Shown one piece after another: positions 20,656-27,923 of a stretch of 64,000 nt of DNA. The position numbers and the translations under genes are program-made. Below the pieces are notes generated by a model. That model made no database searches. It saw only the letters and a program-made list of their open reading frames with translations, and had not been told where the DNA came from. The stretch spans positions 2,080,001-2,144,000 of the forward strand of contig CAVXXK010000001.1 of the NCBI GenBank assembly GCA_963765675.1, given 5' to 3'. Numbering within the stretch: the first letter of the stretch is position 1; each line of letters begins with the position of its first letter. Source of the DNA: an uncultured delta proteobacterium (GTDB lineage: Bacteria > Desulfobacterota > Binatia > Binatales > Binataceae).

Positions 20656-20961
20656 TTAGACGAACGGTTCTGGGGGCGGGGTATCAGGGACAACCTTACA
20701 CTCGATTATCGGGGCGATCAGCTTAATTGTGACTGAACCCGAAAACTCGAGAACGAACCCAGGCGAATGCATCGCCGGGCGGGCAAACAAGGTATTGGAC
20801 ACGCGATCGAACATTTGAATCGGGCGGCAGATGTTTACAGTCAGCTCGGGCTGATTGGGACTGAAGACAATCACAACGCCGGCGGACAACGGAACGCTGC
20901 CCAATAACACCATCAGCGCGAGCATCGAACTCAGCGCCCGCCAGTCTGATTTTGAAAGCAA
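20656..20961 (-). CDS. Small membrane/secreted protein ending in PDTPPP (possible leader)
   Basis: Hydrophobic N-terminal helix, VNIC, C-terminal PDTPPPEPFV; first gene of the metal operon. Confidence 0.5.
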   Translation of the reverse strand: MLSKSDWRALSSMLALMVLLGSVPLSAGVVIVFSPNQPELTVNICRPIQMFDRVSNTLFARPAMHSPGFVLEFSGSVTIKLIAPIIECKVVPDTPPPEPFV

Positions 20962-21220
20962 GTACCTGATAGCGAGTCTCTGTTTTTACTTCCTGATTGT
21001 CGTTTCTCGTATAGACCGAACGGTCGCCCGGCGCAAGGTTCGCCGCCACAGATTCCCGAGGTCGTAAGCGGGAACGCTTAACCACATCCGAACCTGCTCG
21101 CGGATGCGGGTGCGGCCAAGCTGCGTCAGCTTCAGGTTTCAAGCCGCCAGCGCACTCAACTTCGCCGGGGTTTATCGCGCGGGCCGGACTCCGTATGATC
21201 TGGCGGACTGGGGACCTGCG

Positions 21221-22159
21221 ATGATTATCGTTACCGGGGCTGCTGGATTTATCGGGAGCAATTTGCTCCGCGCGCTGAACCAGCGTGGCGACACCGATAT
21301 TCTGGTGGTTGATCGGCTGGGCACGAATTTCCGCAACTTGAGCGACCTGCGCTTCTCCGACTTCATGGAACCCGAGGCGCTGCTCGGCGCGATCGGGCGT
21401 GACGCGATGCCGTCCGCGGTCGAGGCGATTTTCCATCAGGGCGCGTGCGCCGATACTACCGAGTCCGACGGCCGCTACATGATGGAAAATAACTTCGCGT
21501 TCTCCCGCGAGCTGCTGCGCTTCGCACTCTCTCGCCGGGTCCCGATCGTGTACGCGTCGAGCGCCGCGGTCTACGGGTCCAATCGCGTGACGCTTGCCGA
21601 GCCCGCGAACGAACGGCCGCTCAATCTCTACGCGCTCTCGAAGCTCGCGTTCGATAATCACGTCCGTCACGCTGCGAAGAGCGCCACCAGCACCGTCGTG
21701 GGCCTGCGCTATTTCAACGTCTACGGTCCGCGCGAGGCGCATAAGGGCAACATGGCCTCGATGGCGTATCAGCTCTTCCGCCAGCTTCGCGAAACCGATA
21801 TCGCGCGCCTGTTTGTCGGCACCGACGGCTTCGGCGATGGCGAGCAGCGCCGCGATTTCGTATTCGTCGAGGATGTCGTCAAAGTAAATCTGTATTTTGC
21901 GGCCGCGTCCGCGCGCCGGGAGATCATCAACGTCGGCACGGGAGCAAGCAGAAGCTTCAACGAGCTGGCGCGAATCCTGATCGATCTTCGCGGCCGCCGC
22001 CACGGCGAGATCGAATACGTGCCGTTCGACGAGCGCCTGAAGGGAAAATACCAAAGCTTCACCCAGGCCGACCTCACCGCGCTAAGGGCGGCAGGCTACA
22101 CGGCAGAGTTTACCCCGCTCGAGCAGGGCCTCGCGCAATCGCTCCCCGCGTGGGAGTAA
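21221..22159 (+). CDS. hldD: ADP-L-glycero-D-manno-heptose 6-epimerase
   Basis: MIIVTGAAGFIGSN, FHQGAC.DT, YASSAAVYG, GLRYFNVYGPRE.HKG.MAS, GKYQSFTQAD. Confidence 0.95.
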   Translation: MIIVTGAAGFIGSNLLRALNQRGDTDILVVDRLGTNFRNLSDLRFSDFMEPEALLGAIGRDAMPSAVEAIFHQGACADTTESDGRYMMENNFAFSRELLRFALSRRVPIVYASSAAVYGSNRVTLAEPANERPLNLYALSKLAFDNHVRHAAKSATSTVVGLRYFNVYGPREAHKGNMASMAYQLFRQLRETDIARLFVGTDGFGDGEQRRDFVFVEDVVKVNLYFAAASARREIINVGTGASRSFNELARILIDLRGRRHGEIEYVPFDERLKGKYQSFTQADLTALRAAGYTAEFTPLEQGLAQSLPAWE

Positions 22160-22201
22160 TTGTCCCCGACGCGCGGCGCTTTACCGCGACTTGAAATTAA
22201 T

Positions 22202-22231
22202 CTACGTTTACGTAGGAACGGATACGTAAAC
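22202..22231. promoter_or_regulatory. Overlapping palindromes, probable toxin-antitoxin operator
   Basis: GTTTACGTA(22206-14)/TACGTAAAC(22223-31) and CTACGT(22202-07)/ACGTAG(22210-15), directly before the antitoxin ATG. Confidence 0.55.
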
Positions 22232-22234
22232 ATC

Positions 22235-22495
22235 ATGCAGATCTCAGCAGAAATTTCAGCGGGAACCAGGCTGCTGCTCGAACGCTATTCACGGGCTCAC
22301 GGCGTCAAGAAGCAATTCCTGATCGAGAACGCGGTCCTCCATCATATTCACGCGCTGGAGAACCTCCCCGCCGGTGTTATCATCCCGCCGCGTCTGGTTG
22401 TCAGCACGGCTAGCGGGCGCAAGATTGTCGAGTTGCTCACCAAGCGGAGAAAGCCGACCCGGAAACTAATCGAGTTGATCCGCGGTGGCGATTGA
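22235..22495 (+). CDS. Putative antitoxin (RHH/DUF1778-like)
   Basis: 86 aa, upstream of and overlapping a GNAT toxin; C-terminal KPTRKLIELI resembles DUF1778 tails. Confidence 0.65.
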   Translation: MQISAEISAGTRLLLERYSRAHGVKKQFLIENAVLHHIHALENLPAGVIIPPRLVVSTASGRKIVELLTKRRKPTRKLIELIRGGD

Positions 22496-23021
22496 GGTTC
22501 GCCTGCTTCGCGAGGACGATGACTGTTCGTCTTTCCATTGCGGTGACGACCAGCTCGACCTCTTCTTTCGCCGCTACGCCGGACAGAACCAATTCCGCCA
22601 TCATATCGGCATCACATACGTCGCCGTCGATGATGGAGCGATCTGCGGCTTTGCAACCGTGGCCGCCGGGCACATCGAGATCGAGAGCATTCCCGCCGCG
22701 CTTCGCAAGAAGCTCCCGAACTATCCCCTCCCTATTCTTCGGCTCGCTCGGCTTGCCGTGAACATCGGTGCACAGGGCGGCGGTGTTGGCGAACAGCTGA
22801 TGCGCGCTGTGTTTCTCGCTGCGCTCGAAATGCGCGAGAAGATGGGATGCGTCGGAGTGGTGGTCGACGCGAAACTTGGCGCGGTGCCTTACGATTCGCG
22901 CTTTGGATTCGTCGCACTAGAAGCGATCGAGGGAATCCTCGAAGAGCGGCCTTCGCCGACGCCGATGTTTCTTCCCCTAAGAGACATCGAGCAGGCGTTG
23001 TCTGCCAGGCGCTCGCGCTAG
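22485..23021 (+). CDS. GNAT toxin (AtaT/TacT-like tRNA acetyltransferase)
   Basis: FHCGDDQLDLFF, LPNYPLPILRLARLAV..QGGGVGEQL, VVVDAK, RFGF. Confidence 0.85.
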   Translation: MAIEVRLLREDDDCSSFHCGDDQLDLFFRRYAGQNQFRHHIGITYVAVDDGAICGFATVAAGHIEIESIPAALRKKLPNYPLPILRLARLAVNIGAQGGGVGEQLMRAVFLAALEMREKMGCVGVVVDAKLGAVPYDSRFGFVALEAIEGILEERPSPTPMFLPLRDIEQALSARRSR

Positions 23022-23638
23022 CTGGCGCGGTTGATGTCGCTTACGATCGTTTGCGCGCTTACTTCCAGGCCGTTGTATTGGCGCAACTGGCGGCCGCTTG
23101 GGCCGAGCAGAAATGCGGCCGTCATGTGCATGATCGAGCCGTCGGAACCTTGGCCGATCTTCAGTCCGTAGATCCCGAGTACCTGCGCGATCTGTGCGGG
23201 CGTGCCGGTCAAAAAAATCCATCCCGGGTCGCTTGCTCCCATCCGATCCGCGTACTTGGCGAGTTCGGGAGGGCCGTCGTGCGCCGGATCGATCGTGAAC
23301 GAAACGATCTTCACTTTAGTGCCGAGTGCGGGGCCCAAGAGCTTCGCGACCGCCGCCATCTTTTGTGTCAGGAGCGGGCAGGTCGAGGTGCAGGTGGTGT
23401 AAATGAAATCGACCAGCACCGGAGTTCCGCGCAGCGAATCGAGCGGAATCCGCTTCCCGGATTGATCGACCAGCGCCAGATTATCCGGCAGGCACTGCGC
23501 TTGATTGACCGCCGGATAGGAACCAGGCGCCTCGCCGCGAGAGCATCCGGCGCTTGCCAGCAATATCGGTGCGAGCATAGCGGCCAAGATACACGCGAAA
23601 ATTCGCGCGCGCGCGACCGATTTGTCTAAACGATACAT
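23018..23638 (-). CDS. SCO family copper chaperone
   Basis: DFIYTTCTSTCP (CxxxC), FTIDPAHD, WIFLTG, conserved His in IMH. Confidence 0.9.
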   Translation of the reverse strand: MYRLDKSVARARIFACILAAMLAPILLASAGCSRGEAPGSYPAVNQAQCLPDNLALVDQSGKRIPLDSLRGTPVLVDFIYTTCTSTCPLLTQKMAAVAKLLGPALGTKVKIVSFTIDPAHDGPPELAKYADRMGASDPGWIFLTGTPAQIAQVLGIYGLKIGQGSDGSIMHMTAAFLLGPSGRQLRQYNGLEVSAQTIVSDINRAS

Positions 23639-23655
23639 CTTTCTCGGGTCAGCGC

Positions 23656-24108
23656 CTAAAACAAATAGCGGCCCGATTCGAGGTCGGAGGTCTTGATCGT
23701 CACGGTCGCGCCGTTGTCCTGATGCGGCAGGCTTGCGGGAACGCACGAGGCTTTGCCTTCGGTCATGTGGTTCATCGGGTAATGATTTCCGCACACGCGG
23801 CAGATGAGTTCGCCGTCCGAGACCTTGAAGCCGCGGTGGTATGTAAAGCACTGTCGGCACGCGTCGAACACGGAACGCACTTTTCCGTCGCTTCCGCGCG
23901 CCAGAATGAAGCGCAGCCTCCTACCCGCCGAGTCGGTGTAACAATAGCTCTGCGCCCTGCCGCGCAGCAGACTCGCGACGCTGATGGTGACAGCGCGGTC
24001 GCCCGAGACCTGAACGCAGCTCGCGCGCGTGATGTGAATCATCCATCCCGCCGCGAGGATTGCGACACAGGCGCCGAGAATTATTATTTTATTTCTGCCG
24101 AGCCGCAT
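23656..24108 (-). CDS. DUF2318-like membrane-anchored Fe-S/Cys-rich protein
   Basis: FDACRQC, LICRVCG, SCVP; N-terminal TM. Confidence 0.75.
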   Translation of the reverse strand: MRLGRNKIIILGACVAILAAGWMIHITRASCVQVSGDRAVTISVASLLRGRAQSYCYTDSAGRRLRFILARGSDGKVRSVFDACRQCFTYHRGFKVSDGELICRVCGNHYPMNHMTEGKASCVPASLPHQDNGATVTIKTSDLESGRYLF

Positions 24109-24147
24109 TGAATCGCTCACCAAGACTTGCGCGGTGTAAGCGAAGGG

Positions 24148-25113
24148 TCAACCCCCGGCCTCGCGATGGCTGTTTTCCTCGACGATCATTTCGCGTTTGA
24201 TTCGCTCGCTCAGCTCCATCACGCGCAAGCCGTCTTCGGCCGTGACCGCGGGAATCCCTCGCGTGCGGACAGCGGTGACGAACGCGGCGACTTCATCGGC
24301 CAGTGGGTCGCCGCTTTCGAGATCAATCTGGTCGGCGGAGATGATCGGAAATTTCGCACCCGGCGGCGGCGGGCTCTTGCGATAAACCTGCACCCGGCGC
24401 GCCTCGTAGTCGACCGAGATGTACGCGTCGGGCTGGAAGAAGCGGATCTTGCGCTCGCGTTTTGGCGCGACCCGGCTCGTGCTGATATTCGCGATAAGCC
24501 CGCTCTTGAAGCGGATACGAGTGTTGGCGAGATCGATCGAATCGGTCAGAATCGCGACCCCCACCGCCTCCACTGAGACCACTTCCGACGGCGCCAGCGA
24601 CAGGATCACGTCCAGGTCGTGCACCATCAGGTCGAGGATCACGTCCACGTCGGTGCCGCGTTCGGTGAACGGCGCCAGCCGATGGCATTCGACGAAACGT
24701 GGATGCGAAATTATCGAGCGCAGCCGCACAATTGCGGGGTTGAAGCGTTCGAGATGGCCGATCTGGAGCACGCGTCCAGACTCCGTGCCCAACGCGGCCA
24801 GCTCGAATGCTTCATCCAGCGTTGTCGCCATCGGTTTTTCCAGCAGCACGTCGATTCCCGCGCGCAGCATCGCGGATGCGATCTCGAAGTGCGTGCTGCC
24901 CGGTGCGGCCACCGTGACCAGATCGACCGTGCCCGCCAGATCGCGAAAATCCGTCATCGCGACGGCGCCAGTCTCGGCAGCGAGTTTCTCCGCCGCCGCG
25001 CGATCGATATCAACAATCGCCGCGACGCGAACCCCTTCTTGCGCCGCATATTTGCGCGCGTGCAGGGTGCCGAGCCGCCCCGCGCCAATCACCGCGGCGC
25101 GCAGCTCAGACAT
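24148..25113 (-). CDS. Gfo/Idh/MocA oxidoreductase (GnnA-like)
   Basis: VIGAGRLG, LLEKP, GHLERFNP, DVDVILDLMVHDLD; follows lpxA-lpxI. Confidence 0.85.
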   Translation of the reverse strand: MSELRAAVIGAGRLGTLHARKYAAQEGVRVAAIVDIDRAAAEKLAAETGAVAMTDFRDLAGTVDLVTVAAPGSTHFEIASAMLRAGIDVLLEKPMATTLDEAFELAALGTESGRVLQIGHLERFNPAIVRLRSIISHPRFVECHRLAPFTERGTDVDVILDLMVHDLDVILSLAPSEVVSVEAVGVAILTDSIDLANTRIRFKSGLIANISTSRVAPKRERKIRFFQPDAYISVDYEARRVQVYRKSPPPPGAKFPIISADQIDLESGDPLADEVAAFVTAVRTRGIPAVTAEDGLRVMELSERIKREMIVEENSHREAGG

Positions 25114-25909
25114 GGCCGTACACCGAAACTTTGGACTGCGCCGCAAGCTGCATCGTGCGCTCGCGCTCGAGCACCAGGGTGACGCCCGCTTCGACCCCCA
25201 GCATCGCGGCACCGATCTCCGCAACCAGCGCGATCGTCTCCGGCCCGATCGCAGGGCGGTCGAAACGCAAATCCTGCCCCGGCTTGGCCGCCTTGGCGAT
25301 TATCAGCCGCGGTCCGACCAGCGATGCAGCGCGACGAAGCGCGGCGTCAGTGCCCTCGACCGCTTCGACCGCGCCGACAATTCCGTCGCGCACTGCCACG
25401 GTCTGACCGATATCGAAACTGCCGAGTTGGCGCGCGACCGCGAAGGCGAGATCGAGATCGCGAAGCTGGCCTTCAGATGGTTCCGGTCCTGCGGCGAGGC
25501 CTGGATGCGCGAGGCAATTTTCCACCATCGGAACCGGGTCGATCACTGCGATTCCTTCGGCCTCGATTTCTCCCGCCACGCCGCGCAGCACGGCGTCGTC
25601 GCTCATGCGGCCCAATCCGGATAGCATTTTGATCGCGCGCGCGTCTGGAGCGAAGGAATCCTTCAGACGCTCGCGCGAGATTCCGCCCGCCATCGCTACC
25701 TCGCTCAAGTCCGCGCGGCGAAAAACCTCGATCATCTTTTCGAGTTCGCCGACCTTGATCCATGTGATCTGATCGACGCGGGATTCCAGTTCCGGACGGG
25801 TCTCTCTCAGATGCGCGATCGCGATCACCCGGATTCCGCGGCGGTGCGCCGCATCTGCGACTTCGAGCGGAAATACTCCGTTGCCGGCGATGAGTCCGAG
25901 ACTATTCAC
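25106..25909 (-). CDS. lpxI: UDP-2,3-diacylglucosamine diphosphatase
   Basis: LGLIAGNG.FP, DIGQTV, VEAVEGTD, QDLRFD.P.IG. Confidence 0.9.
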   Translation of the reverse strand: MNSLGLIAGNGVFPLEVADAAHRRGIRVIAIAHLRETRPELESRVDQITWIKVGELEKMIEVFRRADLSEVAMAGGISRERLKDSFAPDARAIKMLSGLGRMSDDAVLRGVAGEIEAEGIAVIDPVPMVENCLAHPGLAAGPEPSEGQLRDLDLAFAVARQLGSFDIGQTVAVRDGIVGAVEAVEGTDAALRRAASLVGPRLIIAKAAKPGQDLRFDRPAIGPETIALVAEIGAAMLGVEAGVTLVLERERTMQLAAQSKVSVYGHV

Positions 25910-26693
25910 GCTCGCGGCCGACCACGCCCCGCTCGGACGCGGCAATAAAATCGACCAAGCGGCGAACCTCGGGAACGCCGTCGTGTTGTTTCAAAACTTG
26001 AGCGATCGCGTCTTCGCGCAGCAGCCCGGAATAAAAGAGCGTGCGGATGGCGGCTTTAAGCGCGGTAATAGTTTCGGCCGGAAAGCCGCGGCGTTGCAGG
26101 CCAATCACGTTGATTCCGACCAGCCGCGCCCTGTCACCCGCGACCATCGTGTAGGGCGGCACATCCTGCGCCGCCTTCGCGCCCGCGGCGAGGATCGAAT
26201 GCGCGCCGACGCGGCAGAACTGATGCACCCCGCACATCCCTTCGATATTTACCCATTCCTCGATCACGCAGTGTCCGGCAAGTTGGGTCGAATTGACCAG
26301 GATGCAATGGTCGCCGATCTGGCAGTCATGCGCGACGTGCACGTACGGCATCACCAGCGTGTGATTAGCGATCCGCGTGACCATCCCGCCGACTTCCGTC
26401 CCGCGATGAATCGAGGTGAATTCGCGAAAGATGTTGTCGTCGCCGATCTCGAGAGTCGAGGGCTCACCGCGAAATTTAAGATCGGGAGTTGCGAGCCCAA
26501 TCGCCGCGAAAGGGAAGAAGCGGTTGCGCTTGCCGATGATAGTATTGCTCTCGATCAGCGCGTGCGCGTCGATTACGGTCTTGGCGCCGACACGGACCTT
26601 GGGCCCGATAACCGCGCCGGGACCCACTTCCACCGTCGAATCGAGTTCCGCGCTCGCGTCGATTACGGCGGAAGGATGAATTCGGCCGGCTAT
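25902..26693 (-). CDS. lpxA: UDP-GlcNAc acyltransferase; start codon uncertain
   Basis: IHPSAVI hexapeptide repeats, DLKFRGE, IHRGT, HVAHDC, VHQFCRVG. Confidence 0.95.
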   Translation of the reverse strand: MAGRIHPSAVIDASAELDSTVEVGPGAVIGPKVRVGAKTVIDAHALIESNTIIGKRNRFFPFAAIGLATPDLKFRGEPSTLEIGDDNIFREFTSIHRGTEVGGMVTRIANHTLVMPYVHVAHDCQIGDHCILVNSTQLAGHCVIEEWVNIEGMCGVHQFCRVGAHSILAAGAKAAQDVPPYTMVAGDRARLVGINVIGLQRRGFPAETITALKAAIRTLFYSGLLREDAIAQVLKQHDGVPEVRRLVDFIAASERGVVGRERE

Positions 26694-27145
26694 TTTACTT
26701 GCTCCTGGACTTCCATCGCGGATAGCTCCGCTTCGGCAGCCATTTCGTCGCCGACCCGCGCGATCGCGTGCATCCGCCATAGCGGGCGGCGGTACTTGAT
26801 GATCGTCACTTCGAGTTTGAGCGCATCGCCCGGCACGACGCGGCGGCGAATCCGCACCTTGTCGAGCCCGGTCAGCATGAACAGGCGGCCAGGGTCGGCG
26901 CCCAATTGGCTGAGCGCCAGCATCGCACCCGATTGCGCCATCGCCTCGACGATCAGGACGCCGGGCATGACCGGATAGTCGGGAAAGTGGCCCTGGAAGA
27001 ACGGCTCGTTGAAGGTGACGTTCTTGAGCGTGAGGATTCGCCCCTCGCCGATTTCGAGGATCCGGTCGACCAGCAGGAACGGGTAGCGATGCGGCAGGCA
27101 GTCGAGGACCCGCTTAAGCTCGCTCATTTTTTCGTCCGCAGCCAT
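26690..27145 (-). CDS. fabZ: 3-hydroxyacyl-ACP dehydratase
   Basis: LPHRYPFLLVDR, KNVTFNEPFFQGHFP, PGVLIVEAMAQ. Confidence 0.95.
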   Translation of the reverse strand: MAADEKMSELKRVLDCLPHRYPFLLVDRILEIGEGRILTLKNVTFNEPFFQGHFPDYPVMPGVLIVEAMAQSGAMLALSQLGADPGRLFMLTGLDKVRIRRRVVPGDALKLEVTIIKYRRPLWRMHAIARVGDEMAAEAELSAMEVQEQVK

Positions 27146-27182
27146 TGGGCCTATCCTGAAAATCCGATCGGTAGAGGAGCCG

Positions 27183-27824
27183 CTATTTCGAGATTGTCGA
27201 GCGCCGGGCCGCCGCCGATCCGAAATCGCCCAGTGCAGGCGCGCTGCTTTGCGAGGCCGACGTAGGCGCCACGCTGGTGCCGTTCTCACCGAGAGTTCCG
27301 ATCTTGACGTGGGTTGCGTTGTAGCTGCGGATTACCTGGTCGGTGATATCGATCGACGGCGCGCCCCACAGGATCGATCCCTTCTCGAGCACCAGCGTGT
27401 ATCCGTCGCGCTCGCCGAGGTTGCGGATGATCTGCGCGAGGTCGTGGACGATCCGGCTGGTGATCTCGTTGTCTTTGCTCTGCAGCTCGTCGCGAGCGTC
27501 TTTGTACTCGCGATCGAAATCCTTGGCCTTGGCGACGTACTGGTCCTGCAGGCTCTGGCGCTGATCGGGATTCATGAGCATCCCTTTTTTCTCGATCTCG
27601 TCCTTGAGCGATTGGACTTGGTTCTGTTCGTGCTGAAGCTTGCTTTCGAGCGCCTGGACGCGGCCCTGGAAATCCGCCTTGGCGCGCTTGCCCGCATCGC
27701 ATTCGTTGAGCGCGCGTTGCACGTCCACGTACGCGACCCTTATGTCGGCGCGCGCGGGTTGAGCGGCGGCCAGCATCGCCAACAGCAGCGCACCGGTTAT
27801 CAGACGTAACCTCATCGTGAGCAA
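27183..27824 (-). CDS. skp: Skp/OmpH periplasmic chaperone
   Basis: Signal peptide, VAYVDVQR, coiled coil, DITDQVI. Confidence 0.9.
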   Translation of the reverse strand: MLTMRLRLITGALLLAMLAAAQPARADIRVAYVDVQRALNECDAGKRAKADFQGRVQALESKLQHEQNQVQSLKDEIEKKGMLMNPDQRQSLQDQYVAKAKDFDREYKDARDELQSKDNEITSRIVHDLAQIIRNLGERDGYTLVLEKGSILWGAPSIDITDQVIRSYNATHVKIGTLGENGTSVAPTSASQSSAPALGDFGSAAARRSTISK

Positions 27825-27923
27825 ATTCCTCCTCGAAAATTCGGCTCGGGCACCAGCAAGTTCGTCCCGACGATAATGCCGCGGGCATGTGCCGACATTA
27901 AAGCCAGTTTTGGCCCGTCGGCG

